DNA from: a bacterium
GTDB lineage: Bacteria; Patescibacteriota; Patescibacteriia; UBA9934
DNA: 64,000 nucleotides
Assembly: GCA_027592325.1 (NCBI GenBank)
Contig: JAQCKO010000002.1
Span: forward strand, 18,392-82,391
Reading direction: 5' to 3'
Below are positions 51,491-61,738 of the stretch, in pieces. Under the pieces are notes generated by a model. That model worked only from the letters and a program-made list of their open reading frames with translations, had not been told where the DNA came from and ran no database searches. The position numbers and the translations under genes were made by a program. Numbering within the stretch: position 1 is the first letter of the stretch; the number at the start of each line of letters is the position of its first letter.

Positions 51491-51604
51491 ACGCTAGCGA
51501 AGAAGTATGTGTAAGCTTTATGCACAGGCCTATTCGGCCTTTTTGCAGGAAATGCTACTATTTTCGGCAGGAAACGCTTCCTTTTATTCTTAAATCGAAA
51601 TGAT

Positions 51605-51889
51605 ATGGAAAAGCGACTAACAAAATCACAGCTCATGTCTAAGCTCTCTGAGACTTGGGGCGTGTCAAAGAAAGAAGGTTCTGACATGTACGATGCCCTT
51701 GTCGAAATGCTCTACGCAGAAATTCGCCGTTCTGGTGAAGTAATGCTTCCAGGACTTGGTAAATTTGCGAAGAAGCATCGAGCGGCTCGTATGGGTCGTA
51801 ACCCAGCAACTGGTGCATCGATTCAGATTCCTGCAAAGACGGTCATGAAATTCACCGTCAACAAGGCAGCTAAGGACGCACTTCTATAG
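51605..51889 (+). CDS. hup: DNA-binding protein HU
   Basis: 94 aa; GKFAKKHRAARMGRNPATGASIQIPAKTVMKF is the HU/IHF arm motif (R-N-P-x-T-G). Confidence 0.85.
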   Translation: MEKRLTKSQLMSKLSETWGVSKKEGSDMYDALVEMLYAEIRRSGEVMLPGLGKFAKKHRAARMGRNPATGASIQIPAKTVMKFTVNKAAKDALL

Positions 51890-51910
51890 GAGTAGCGAGT
51901 AATAAAGCAG

Positions 51911-51945
51911 TTACCTAAGGGTAGCTGCTTTTATTATAGGTGTAT
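51911..51945 (+). terminator. Rho-independent terminator after hup
   Basis: aagcagttacc-taag-ggtagctgctt followed by ttattat. Confidence 0.5.
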
Positions 51946-53586
51946 ACGCGAAATAGTATGAGTCATGCTACAATTCTCTCAACTATGCGCTTTTTATCGT
52001 TTGCCATAATAGGTATTCTACTTTTGCCACATTGGGCATTTGCCCGTACGTCAGATGATCCTGATCAAGAATTTCTTTGGCATCTTGAGCAAATTAACGC
52101 CCCAGATGCATGGGATGTATCGACAGGTTCTTCTGATGTTATCGTCGCTGTGATTGATGCTGGGGTTGATCACAATCATGAAGATTTATCGGATAATTTT
52201 TGGGTAAATGAAGGAGAGATTGCTGGGAATGGGATAGATGACGAAGGAAATGGATATATTGATGACACCTATGGTTGGGATTTTGTTCATGAAGACAATA
52301 CACCTATCCCTGTTACAGGATCTGGTTCTGATTTTCCATCGATTACGCATGGAACCATTATTGCAGGTTTGATTGGGGCAGTTGGAGATAATCAGCAGGG
52401 AATCGTTGGGGTTAATTGGGATGTTCAAATTATGGTGTTGCGAGCGCTCAACCACGTGGGGATTGGTGATAGCCGTGATGTCGCGAGGGCTATTGAATAT
52501 GCCGCTCAGAATGATGCAGATATTATTAATCTCTCCCTTGCCGGTGATGCAAATGATCCAGCGCTTCGAGACGCTATACAAGAAGCCTACAATGCGGGCA
52601 TTACAGTGATAGTTGCAGTGGGAAATGAAGATCGTGATACAGATCGGTTTCCTTCGTATCCATCGTGTTTTGAAGGAGATGACGGAGAAGATATTGTGAT
52701 TGGTGTTGCATCTTCTGATTTGTGGGATGACAAATCTGATTTTTCGAATTATGGAGAAGATTGTGTCGATATTTCTGCTCCGGGGGAACGTATTTATTCC
52801 ACACAGTATGATAATGCGTCAAAAGGGTTTACCGATGCCTACGGTGGTTTTTGGGGCGGAACATCATTTGCAGCGCCGGTGGTATCAGGTGCGGCAGCAC
52901 TCCTACTTTCGGCTTATCCGGACCTCGACCCAGATGATGTGCGCATTATTCTTCAACTATCGGCCGATCCGCTAGATGCGTCGTCCGAGTACGACGGTAA
53001 GCTCGGAACAGGGCGACTAAATCTTGCTGCAGCGCTCGAACTTGCAGCGAGTTTTTCCGAAGTTGCAGGAGATGCACCAGAACCTGATCCGGAAGAAGAT
53101 GCCGCACCAGGCGAATCGAATATTCCAGGGGTAGTTGTTGGAGATTTTATAAAAGCTCCATCGTTCTCGACCGTGTATTTGGTCGATTCTGAAACAACTC
53201 GCCGGCCGTTTATGAATGACATCGCCTATTTTACGCATGCCGATTCATTTGATGAAATTGTCATGGTAGAAGATGATCAGCTACGATTGCTTGATCTTCG
53301 CGGGCTTGTTGTGACAAAAGAAGACGTTGTGCTTGTAAAAATACAAAGTGATCCTCGGACCTATAAGGTGGAGAAAAATTTAGGGAGTAAGTATGAACCC
53401 ATATTGCGTGAAATTGAAACCGAAGAAATTGCCATCAGTATGTACGGATCACGATGGGCGGATTACATTGTGGATGTGGAGCCAACCTTTTTTACCAAAT
53501 ACGATACAGGCGCTCCGATTGATGAAGTCGTAGCCGTTGATGTATCGAAATTAAAAACACGCGAAGAAATCGCCGCAAGTTCATAA
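51940..53586 (+). CDS. Subtilisin-like serine protease (peptidase S8) with C-terminal extension
   Basis: Asp (VIDAGVD), His (HGTIIAG) and Ser (GGTSFAAPVVSG) catalytic motifs; signal peptide; the real start is probably an internal Met at 51958 or 51985. Confidence 0.8.
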   Translation: MYTRNSMSHATILSTMRFLSFAIIGILLLPHWAFARTSDDPDQEFLWHLEQINAPDAWDVSTGSSDVIVAVIDAGVDHNHEDLSDNFWVNEGEIAGNGIDDEGNGYIDDTYGWDFVHEDNTPIPVTGSGSDFPSITHGTIIAGLIGAVGDNQQGIVGVNWDVQIMVLRALNHVGIGDSRDVARAIEYAAQNDADIINLSLAGDANDPALRDAIQEAYNAGITVIVAVGNEDRDTDRFPSYPSCFEGDDGEDIVIGVASSDLWDDKSDFSNYGEDCVDISAPGERIYSTQYDNASKGFTDAYGGFWGGTSFAAPVVSGAAALLLSAYPDLDPDDVRIILQLSADPLDASSEYDGKLGTGRLNLAAALELAASFSEVAGDAPEPDPEEDAAPGESNIPGVVVGDFIKAPSFSTVYLVDSETTRRPFMNDIAYFTHADSFDEIVMVEDDQLRLLDLRGLVVTKEDVVLVKIQSDPRTYKVEKNLGSKYEPILREIETEEIAISMYGSRWADYIVDVEPTFFTKYDTGAPIDEVVAVDVSKLKTREEIAASS

Positions 53587-53587
53587 T

Positions 53588-54589
53588 ATGACAGATCAAC
53601 ATGTTGCCATTGTTACTGGTGGAGCCGGATTTATTGGCTCGCACTTATGCGAAGCGCTGCTAAAAGCAGGAAAACGTGTCGTCTGTATTGATAATTTCAG
53701 TACAGGTAATGTGCGTAATATTGAAGCACTGGTAAGAAATCCAAATTTTCAATTTTTACGCCTCGATATTACAAATGATTTTGATCTCGAAAACATTCCT
53801 GAACTAAACTCATTTAAGATTCCATTTACGGGTGTGCAAGAAATTTACCATCTTGCCGTTCCGACCTCGATTAAATCGTTTGAGAAACATCGTATTGCAA
53901 CGTTGCGCACAAGTACGCTTGGAACAGCAAATTTGCTCGCGTGTGCAGCGAAGTATAACGCACGCTTTTTATATGCATCAAGCTCAGTCGTCTATGGGCC
54001 TCGGAGAGATGATAGGCCTAATTTCAATGAGGCTGACTATGGAGTGCTTGATCACTTACAGTCACGAGCGATTTACGATGAAGGGAAGCGCTATGGTGAG
54101 ACGATGGTGCGTACCTATGCCGAAGTGAAACAACTACCTGTACGTATTGCGCGTATTTTTCGTACCTATGGGCCGCGTATGCCGCTTTTTGACGGACATC
54201 AGGTTCCTGATTTCATTTTGCAGGCACTTGAGGGAGAAGATGTTGTCGTGAATGGCGGCGCAGATTTTACAACCTCTCTTGTTTATGTAAGTGATATTTG
54301 TGATGGATTGTTGAAGCTGATGGCAAGCGACATAGACATGCCGGTCAATTTAGGGAGCGATATCAATGTTCCACTCATGGACGTTGCGAAAACAATCGTC
54401 GAAATGGTCGGATCGAACTCAAACATTCTAGAAGGGGAGCGCATGCCATTTTTGAGTGAGCTTGGCATTCCCGATATTCAAAAGGCGAAGTCTGAACTTG
54501 ACTGGTTGCCGCTCACTACGCTCGAGAATGGGCTGAAGCGGACCATCGAATATATCCGCGCGAATAAAATATTGCTTGCGGGGGATTAG
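53588..54589 (+). CDS. NAD-dependent sugar-nucleotide dehydratase/decarboxylase (UDP-glucuronate decarboxylase/UXS-like SDR)
   Basis: VTGGAGFIGSHL Rossmann motif; VVCIDNFSTGNVRNIE resembles UXS; YxxxK region present. Confidence 0.65.
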   Translation: MTDQHVAIVTGGAGFIGSHLCEALLKAGKRVVCIDNFSTGNVRNIEALVRNPNFQFLRLDITNDFDLENIPELNSFKIPFTGVQEIYHLAVPTSIKSFEKHRIATLRTSTLGTANLLACAAKYNARFLYASSSVVYGPRRDDRPNFNEADYGVLDHLQSRAIYDEGKRYGETMVRTYAEVKQLPVRIARIFRTYGPRMPLFDGHQVPDFILQALEGEDVVVNGGADFTTSLVYVSDICDGLLKLMASDIDMPVNLGSDINVPLMDVAKTIVEMVGSNSNILEGERMPFLSELGIPDIQKAKSELDWLPLTTLENGLKRTIEYIRANKILLAGD

Positions 54590-54697
54590 GGCAGAGGAAT
54601 CAGGTTTCAGCTTGTAGGTGTAAGGTTGGAGGTGTTGAATCAGCGTTAACGTCCTGCGCTATTCCCTAAACCTACACCCATATGCTAACCTGCGATT

Positions 54698-55372
54698 ATG
54701 AAAATCGTTGCCGTTATTCCAGCTTTTAATGAGGAAAAGCGCCTGGGGGCAGCTCTGTTAAGTGCGAGTCCACATGTCGATGAAATTGTCGTCGTTGATG
54801 ATTGCTCACAAGATAAAACAGGCTGTGTGGCACGGCATTTTGGGGCACATGTGCTTACGCATCTTGTAAACCGGGGGCAAGGCGCAGCTTTGCAAACAGG
54901 GATGGATTACGCACAGCAGAAACTGAAGGCAGATATTGTTGTCCACTTTGACGCTGACGGTCAAATGCGGGGCGATGAAATTCCGGGTATGGTTGACCCA
55001 ATTCAAAAAGGGGAGGCTGACGTTGTTCTTGGGTCACGGTATTTAGGTGTAGCGGAGTCAATGCCGCTTTTTCGTAAAATTTTTATGCGCGTCGCAACAT
55101 TGTTTACGCGTATTGTAAGCGGCGTTTCGGTAACCGATACACATAATGGCTTTCGCGCGCTTTCTGCTTTTGCAATTGAGCGTATTGAGTTTTCTCTCGA
55201 TCGCATGGCGCATGCTTCAGAAATCTATGAACTAATTTCTGCACATGATCTTACATATGTTGAGCGACCAGTGACAATTCGTTACACGGACGAAACGCTC
55301 GAGAAAGGCCAGTCCTTGACGGGCGCTTTCTCGATTGTAAAAGATCTTATAAGACATACATTCTTTGGTTGA
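54698..55372 (+). CDS. Glycosyltransferase family 2 (polyprenyl-phosphate sugar transferase-like)
   Basis: VIPAFNEEKRLGAALLS...VVDDCSQDKTG GT-A DxD region; 224 aa. Confidence 0.75.
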   Translation: MKIVAVIPAFNEEKRLGAALLSASPHVDEIVVVDDCSQDKTGCVARHFGAHVLTHLVNRGQGAALQTGMDYAQQKLKADIVVHFDADGQMRGDEIPGMVDPIQKGEADVVLGSRYLGVAESMPLFRKIFMRVATLFTRIVSGVSVTDTHNGFRALSAFAIERIEFSLDRMAHASEIYELISAHDLTYVERPVTIRYTDETLEKGQSLTGAFSIVKDLIRHTFFG

Positions 55373-55745
55373 TATGCAATTCTCCTATTTACTAATGCTC
55401 TTTGCCATGTTCGCCATTTTCAAAACATGGAAATCATTTTCTAAAAAACGTACATCGATTACTTGGACAAGTCTTTGGACGCTTCTTTGGATGGGACTTA
55501 TTCTGGTTTCTTTGCAGCCAAGAATTGCTGATCGTATTGCGCGCATGCTTGGCGTTGAAAAAGGGGCTGATTTAATCGCGTATGCGTCAATAGCTGTATT
55601 GGTTTACGCTGTCTATCGATTATTTGTTCGTACTGAGCAACACCGGAATGAAGTCACTAAGCTTACCAGGGAGCTCGCGATTGCACGTGCGAGTGAGCCA
55701 ATGCAGAAGAATAGTTGTTGCAAAAAAAACATATGCCAAAAGTAG
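55365..55745 (+). CDS. Small membrane protein (DUF2304-like companion of GT2)
   Basis: 126 aa, 3-4 TM, overlaps the GT2 stop; this arrangement is common for GT2/DUF2304 pairs. Confidence 0.4.
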   Translation: MVDMQFSYLLMLFAMFAIFKTWKSFSKKRTSITWTSLWTLLWMGLILVSLQPRIADRIARMLGVEKGADLIAYASIAVLVYAVYRLFVRTEQHRNEVTKLTRELAIARASEPMQKNSCCKKNICQK

Positions 55746-56806
55746 CTATTATTTATCTTGCGTACAAAACGGAAGAGTACATTCGTGCTGTTGCGGATAG
55801 CATTGCGAAGTCAACGTACCCAAAGGAAAATCTGCATTGGTTTATTATTATCAATGATTCACCAGATACTGTAAAGCAAATCGTTGAAGATGAAATTCTG
55901 CCGCGTGAAGGAAAAGATCTTCCAAAAATTACTGTCATAGATGATGGCGTAAACCGCGGTTTTGCTGGTGGAAACAATCATGGCATGCAGTGGGCGATTG
56001 ATCACGGGTACGAGTATGTTTTGCTTTGGAATGGGGATTTATTAACCGCGCCAGATACCACGAGAATACTCGTAGAAACTCTCGAGGAAGATGAACTTAT
56101 TGGCAGTGCTCAGCCCCTTATCATGTATTGGCATGAGCGCGAGCGGGTGAATGTGAGCGGCGGGGTTTTTCACTTGGTCGGGTATGGATACGCGCGTGAC
56201 AATCGTAAATTGCTAAGCGAAATTGAGGTTCCTGATGGAGAAGAAATCGCCTATGCATCTGGTGCGATTGTGCTTTATCGGGTCGATGCGCTGCGCAAAG
56301 TCGGGCTACTTGAACATGGGTTTTTCATGTATCACGAAGATTTGGAACTTGGGCTTCGGCTTCGACTTGCCGGGTATCATAATGTTGTGCGTACAGAAAC
56401 GCACGCATTTCATGACTATAATTTCAGCCGAAATCCAAAAAAATTCGCTTGGATTGAACTCAATCGGTACATTGTGTTGTTCTCGCTGTATCGTCTACCG
56501 ACGCTTCTCTTGCTTCTGCCAGCAATGATCGGAGTGGAACTTGCAACATGGCCGTTATCAATGATGGGCGGATGGTTTGGCGCGAAACTGCATGTGCTTG
56601 GTGAGATGTTGAAACCAAAAAATTGGGCGCTGACGTGGCGCATGCGAAAACGTGCGAGGAAATTACGCGTGATTCGTGATCGTGAAATGCTTGAGTATGT
56701 TTCAGGCTCGATTGCGGATCAAGAAGTTCTGAACCCAATTGTGCGCGTTGCGAATATTGGACTTGAGATGTATCTTTCTGCACTGAAATTTATTGTCCGC
56801 TGGTAG
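55730..56806 (+). CDS. Glycosyltransferase family 2
   Basis: MPKVAIIYLAYKTEEYI...INDSPDT...GFAGGNNHGMQWA GT2 motifs. Confidence 0.7.
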   Translation, partial: HMPKVAIIYLAYKTEEYIRAVADSIAKSTYPKENLHWFIIINDSPDTVKQIVEDEILPREGKDLPKITVIDDGVNRGFAGGNNHGMQWAIDHGYEYVLLWNGDLLTAPDTTRILVETLEEDELIGSAQPLIMYWHERERVNVSGGVFHLVGYGYARDNRKLLSEIEVPDGEEIAYASGAIVLYRVDALRKVGLLEHGFFMYHEDLELGLRLRLAGYHNVVRTETHAFHDYNFSRNPKKFAWIELNRYIVLFSLYRLPTLLLLLPAMIGVELATWPLSMMGGWFGAKLHVLGEMLKPKNWALTWRMRKRARKLRVIRDREMLEYVSGSIADQEVLNPIVRVANIGLEMYLSALKFIVRW

Positions 56807-56807
56807 T

Positions 56808-57920
56808 ATGCGAATTGTGCACATTGCTCCTGCGTATCCACCGTATGGAGGCATGGGAACCTCAGCGAAGCAGATGGCGGATGCAACGCGTGATCTTGGG
56901 CATGAAGTATTGCTGTACACTCCACGCTACAAGAAGAATCAAAGCGATTGTCAGCAAGATATATTTTTGCGGCCACTCTTTTCAGTCGGATTCGCGTCTT
57001 TTTTGCCACAGCTCCTTTGGAAGCTACGCAAGTTTGACATTTTGCATTTGCACTATCCAATTTATGGCTCTGATGTTTTCGTCTGGATGGCGTCGCTTAT
57101 TTGGCACAAGCCTCTTGTATTGAGTTATCATATGAAGACGGTTGGTGGCGGAATGAAAGGGATGCTGTTCACTCTCCATCGGGTATTGTTGGAGCCATTG
57201 TTGTTACGCCGCGCAGCATCTCTTTTGGTTAGTTCAAGCGACTATGCAACATCTATTGGACTGTCGAACAATCGACTTGTTGATGTTCCATTTTGGATTG
57301 ATGTTGCGAGTCGTCATGTCCGTACATCAAAAGAGGAATTACGATCAACCTATAAACTCAAGAATCGACCAACGATTCTTTTTGTTGGCGGGCTCGATGA
57401 TGCGCATTATTTCAAAGGAGTTGATGTGCTTTTGCGCGCAATGGCAATCGTTCGGGATTCGGTTGATGCGCAGCTTGTCTTAGTAGGGGAAGGAAACCGG
57501 CGGCCTATATTTGAGAAGCAAGCACAGGAACTCGGGGTAGACGATTTCGTGCGTTTTATGGGCCGAGTGCCTGACAAGGAGCTGAAAGAATTGTACGCAG
57601 CAGCTGATGTGCATGTTCTTCCGTCTATTGATGGTTCTGAATCCTTTGGACTTGTCACACTTGAAGCAATGGCTGCAGGGATTCCATCTGTTGTAAGTGA
57701 TTTACCTGGTATTCGTACACTTGTTGAAAACGGAAAAACCGGCGCCATTGTAAAAGCAGGAGATGTAGAAGATTTGGCGAAGAAATTACGAGTCTATGTA
57801 GCCGACCTCCCGCAAGCAAATGCACACGGTGTAGCAGCAAAGGCGCGTGCACGTAAGTTGTACTCTCCAAAAAAAGCGAGAGGCCGGTTGCAAGCAATCT
57901 ATAAAGCCGTTAAGATCTAG
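56808..57920 (+). CDS. Glycosyltransferase family 4
   Basis: MRIVHIAPAYPPYGGMG...ESFGLVTLEAMAAGIPSVVSD. Confidence 0.75.
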   Translation: MRIVHIAPAYPPYGGMGTSAKQMADATRDLGHEVLLYTPRYKKNQSDCQQDIFLRPLFSVGFASFLPQLLWKLRKFDILHLHYPIYGSDVFVWMASLIWHKPLVLSYHMKTVGGGMKGMLFTLHRVLLEPLLLRRAASLLVSSSDYATSIGLSNNRLVDVPFWIDVASRHVRTSKEELRSTYKLKNRPTILFVGGLDDAHYFKGVDVLLRAMAIVRDSVDAQLVLVGEGNRRPIFEKQAQELGVDDFVRFMGRVPDKELKELYAAADVHVLPSIDGSESFGLVTLEAMAAGIPSVVSDLPGIRTLVENGKTGAIVKAGDVEDLAKKLRVYVADLPQANAHGVAAKARARKLYSPKKARGRLQAIYKAVKI

Positions 57921-57923
57921 CTG

Positions 57924-59135
57924 ATGAAAATCGGCATTGTAACAAATCTCTATCCGCCCTATGTACGCGGTGGGGCGGAGCAAATTGTGGCGCGAACGGT
58001 GAATGCCCTCCAAGAAATTGGGCAGGACGTTTTTGTCATTACAGCACAACCACATTGGCGTCGACGAGGAAAAAAAGAGATGAATTTAGAGCTTAGCGTT
58101 GAGCGAGTGTATCGATTCATTCCAAAAAACCTCTATTTTGTTCTTGATGATCACCGGCATACACTACCCGTCCGTTTACTTTGGCATATTATTGATACAT
58201 TAGGGATGTATCCGGGTCGACGGGTACGATCTATTTTGGAAGAAGAACGGCCCGATATTGTTATTACACATAATTTGAAGGGAATTGGTCTTTCGATCCC
58301 GCGCGCTATTCACCGTGCCGGTATTCCGCATATCCACATCGCCCACGATTTACAACTGATTTATCCTTCAGGGTTATTGATCGCTGGAAAAGAGAAAAAA
58401 TCGTTTTGGCTACGACCGATTTACGCACTGTACCGTGCGATTACAAAAGAACGTTTTTCTGGTACCGACGTTATGGTTTCTCCGTCGCAGTATTTAAAAT
58501 CGGTTTATGAGACACATGGTATATTCGAAGGCGCCGTGCATGAAGTTGTACCAAATCCAACTCCGCTGTTTACACCTAGATCACGCGAACATCGTCCTGA
58601 CGGAGCTCTGCGATTATTTTTTGCAGGGCAACTTGAGTATCATAAAGGTATAGAACTTCTCATTGACGCTGTGCAATCAATCGATATTCCGATTGAGCTC
58701 ATGATTGCCGGCGAAGGTACGTACCGGGAATATGTTAAAAAACTCGCAGCGAAATATGCACATATTAACTATCTAGGCTTTGTTTCGATGGATCAAATTG
58801 TGAGCTGTCTTGGGCTGGTTGATGCCGTAATCGTGCCATCGCTATGCTACGAAAATTCACCGACCATTATTTACGAAAGCTTCATGGCTGGAGTACCGGT
58901 AATCGCTGCAGACATTGGCGGTGTCGGTGAGCTGGTGAATAATGAAGATAACGGGCTTTTATTTACGCCGGGTGATAAAACCGATTTGATGCGTGTATTG
59001 CGCAGTATGGATGAACAAAAAGTTGAATATTTTGCGCGGCAACGGCGTATCCAAGAAACGGTAGTCAATTATTCGCTCGATCGATACCTTGATCGGCTTA
59101 TGGGTATTTTGGAATCGCAAAGACAAAAATCGTGA
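57924..59135 (+). CDS. Glycosyltransferase family 4
   Basis: MKIGIVTNLYPPYVRGGAEQ...ENSPTIIYESFMAGVPVIAADIGGVGELV. Confidence 0.8.
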   Translation: MKIGIVTNLYPPYVRGGAEQIVARTVNALQEIGQDVFVITAQPHWRRRGKKEMNLELSVERVYRFIPKNLYFVLDDHRHTLPVRLLWHIIDTLGMYPGRRVRSILEEERPDIVITHNLKGIGLSIPRAIHRAGIPHIHIAHDLQLIYPSGLLIAGKEKKSFWLRPIYALYRAITKERFSGTDVMVSPSQYLKSVYETHGIFEGAVHEVVPNPTPLFTPRSREHRPDGALRLFFAGQLEYHKGIELLIDAVQSIDIPIELMIAGEGTYREYVKKLAAKYAHINYLGFVSMDQIVSCLGLVDAVIVPSLCYENSPTIIYESFMAGVPVIAADIGGVGELVNNEDNGLLFTPGDKTDLMRVLRSMDEQKVEYFARQRRIQETVVNYSLDRYLDRLMGILESQRQKS

Positions 59136-61131
59136 TCTCGTCATCAATGGTAAAGTGAAAATCTGCAATCGCATTCGTTTCCTCCAAAATACGGTCTGCA
59201 TCCCACCAGTAATGATTGAAGGTAAAAAAGATGAGCTCGGCGCCGGTAAGCGTGCGGGCTTTTTCTATTGTGTCGAGGGATGGAGTGTCTGTCATTTCAA
59301 GGTACGCTTCGTAAAGCGGACTTGACGTTGGGATTGGATAATAAAATTGGTCGCCGTAGTAGTGTGCAAAACCGAATTCTTGCAGTGCTGCAGAAGAGAC
59401 GCTTTGATTCGCCAGAACGGCGTAGGCATCTCCATTTGCCAGGGTTTCAATAGCATGTACTGCCTCGATGTCACTTACAGAGACATTGAATCCTCCGCTC
59501 CGGGCGAAGCTATCGTGCCGAGGAAACGTTCCGTAAATATTTGCGGCTACAAGAAGCAATAAAATGATGTATAGAGATGTAGGTGGTCTTTTTGCGACAA
59601 AAAACTCCGCGATGATCGGAAGGAACATGAGGCATGCAAATGGCAGTAAACGCTCGGCAAAGCTGTTACTTTCGTAAGCGATCACCGAAGAAAAGGTGAA
59701 GCTGGAGGCAAGAATGTAATAGTTGGCCAGAAGAGTGCCTGCAAACAGCAGAAGAGGTCGAGATGTTCTTTGTTTGCTTACAATGTGTGCAACGAGTGCT
59801 GCAGCGATCAATAGGACAACTTGCGCATCAAGAAATGCATAGGCACCGCTAAGTAAACTGTTTGTCGTTGCATGAATTTGCTCAGAAGGTGCAAACGAGA
59901 ATAGTTGCGTGAGATCAATAGGCGTTTTAACGTCGGTAAGGAACGATTGTGCGAGAAACGTTAGGGGGAGCGAAATAGCGGTGAGGATGAGTAAAGGAGT
60001 GGAGGTATGTCTTAACCAAACGGTTGTTGGTTGTGCGTTAGGGGCTCTAGATGCGAGGTATAGGCAAAAGAGGATGGTTGGTACACCGGCAATGGGATGC
60101 GTAAGGAGAGCGGCAAGAGCAAATATCCACTGTGCACTGCGTCCTCCATAGGCGTAAGATGAGCAGATTGCAAGAAACGCAAAAAGGAATCCAAGTGCTT
60201 GCGGAGTAGTTGTGACAAATAAGGAAAGCGGGAGAAGGAAGGGGAGAAATACCAGGAAGGAACGCGTTTTGTGGTGAGAAGTATGTGGTTGGTTTGAGAG
60301 GATCATTAGGGCACCGGAAGGCACGACAATAGCTGTAAAGAGCGGGATGAAAACACGATTGAATGTCTCAAAAGATAGCGCAAAGAGATGGTGAAAATAG
60401 AGTCCATTCACATATTCTCCAATATAATAAAGTGGTTTAGGCGTAATTGTTCCGAAATCTGCAATGTGCTGCATTGTCGCGGCATGAACAAATGGATCGA
60501 ATCCAAAACCGCTGGGATAAATGATGGATGGAATGATGAGGAAGGAAAAAAGCGATACGATGGAGAGCGGCAGGCTTAGTTCGGGCTTTTTTGTTGCAAC
60601 TACGTATCCCGATGCAATCAGTACAATAAACGCGATGATGATGAGTGGGCTCAGAACTTCCCATGGACTACGTACAGAAGTGAGTACCTCTGTGCGTCCA
60701 AGCCAAATCCAAATAAAAAGAAGTGTTGATGCAAAGAGACTCATCATTGCTGCTGTCACACTGCTGCATGGCGTACGCGGCATGCGTTCTCCTGACACAT
60801 GGGGACGCAATGCGTAAATCAAGCTAGAAATAAGAAGATGCAACCCAAAAAAGACCGACGCTGGAACGGGAAAAATGTAGTAGATGATGCTGCCAAAAAA
60901 GGCGATGAAAGCTAGTATCAAACTTGATCCAAAAATGAGCTGAAGCAGCGGCGCCTGTTTTTGCATGAGAGCTGTACCTGTGAGATACCCGCCAAGAAGG
61001 AGCCATGCGGTGAGCAGGGGAAGGGATATGCCTGAGAAGAATGTGGGTTCAACCGGCAAAATACCAAACAACAATGCAAGGGCACTCACCCCTACAAAGA
61101 CCTGTTTCATTCGAAAAATAGATGCATCCAT
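59098..61131 (-). CDS. Large polytopic membrane protein (677 aa; possible GT-C-type glycosyltransferase/polymerase)
   Basis: 15 or more hydrophobic segments; convergently overlaps the upstream GT4 by 38 bp; no motif recognised. Confidence 0.5.
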   Translation of the reverse strand: MDASIFRMKQVFVGVSALALLFGILPVEPTFFSGISLPLLTAWLLLGGYLTGTALMQKQAPLLQLIFGSSLILAFIAFFGSIIYYIFPVPASVFFGLHLLISSLIYALRPHVSGERMPRTPCSSVTAAMMSLFASTLLFIWIWLGRTEVLTSVRSPWEVLSPLIIIAFIVLIASGYVVATKKPELSLPLSIVSLFSFLIIPSIIYPSGFGFDPFVHAATMQHIADFGTITPKPLYYIGEYVNGLYFHHLFALSFETFNRVFIPLFTAIVVPSGALMILSNQPHTSHHKTRSFLVFLPFLLPLSLFVTTTPQALGFLFAFLAICSSYAYGGRSAQWIFALAALLTHPIAGVPTILFCLYLASRAPNAQPTTVWLRHTSTPLLILTAISLPLTFLAQSFLTDVKTPIDLTQLFSFAPSEQIHATTNSLLSGAYAFLDAQVVLLIAAALVAHIVSKQRTSRPLLLFAGTLLANYYILASSFTFSSVIAYESNSFAERLLPFACLMFLPIIAEFFVAKRPPTSLYIILLLLVAANIYGTFPRHDSFARSGGFNVSVSDIEAVHAIETLANGDAYAVLANQSVSSAALQEFGFAHYYGDQFYYPIPTSSPLYEAYLEMTDTPSLDTIEKARTLTGAELIFFTFNHYWWDADRILEETNAIADFHFTIDDEITIFVFAIPKYP

Positions 61132-61144
61132 TCAGTATAGTGCT

Positions 61145-61735
61145 ATGATGCGTATTGTTATGCATAAAGCTCAGAAAGGCAAATTATATCTTCACGATTG
61201 GCTTTTTTTACCTGTGATTTGGTTTATCCCAAGATTGATTCGACCGAATCACATCACAATATTTCGATTTATTCTCGTCCCGTTTATGGCAATCTCGCTT
61301 CTGGCAGGAGAAATTGGAATTGGTGTCACACTGTTTATCATTGGTGGTGTGAGCGATATCATTGACGGTACGCTCGCGCGAGTCCGTAACCAGGTAACGG
61401 AATGGGGGACCTTTTTTGATCCTGTTGCCGATAAAATACTTGTAGGGGCAGCGGCGGTGATTGTGCTCATTCAACATGCACATCCGATAATTACATGGAC
61501 ACTGATAATTCTAGAATTGATGATTGTGGCTGGAGGAATAATTCGAAAGCGCATGGATCATGTGAAGCCTGCAAATTGGTGGGGAAAAATCAAAATGATT
61601 CTTGAAGTCGTTGGAATCTCAGCGATCATGATTTCTCTTATGACAGTGGGCGGCATATGGCTCGTATTTGGTCAGATTGTGCTGATCGTTGCCATTCTGT
61701 TTGCCTTTCTTTCTCTCGTCACATACTCTCTTTGA
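61145..61735 (+). CDS. CDP-alcohol phosphatidyltransferase family protein
   Basis: DIIDGTLARVRNQVTEWGTFFDPVADK matches D-G-x2-A-R-x8-G-x3-D-x3-D; start at an internal Met; the track ORF from 60965 overlaps the divergent gene. Confidence 0.65.
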   Translation: MMRIVMHKAQKGKLYLHDWLFLPVIWFIPRLIRPNHITIFRFILVPFMAISLLAGEIGIGVTLFIIGGVSDIIDGTLARVRNQVTEWGTFFDPVADKILVGAAAVIVLIQHAHPIITWTLIILELMIVAGGIIRKRMDHVKPANWWGKIKMILEVVGISAIMISLMTVGGIWLVFGQIVLIVAILFAFLSLVTYSL

Positions 61736-61738
61736 CAT

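Noticed and set aside
60965-61144. N-terminal 60 codons of track ORF 60965..61735
   Set aside because: It overlaps the divergent 59098..61131 gene; the CDP-alcohol phosphatidyltransferase domain begins after the Met cluster at 61145-61160
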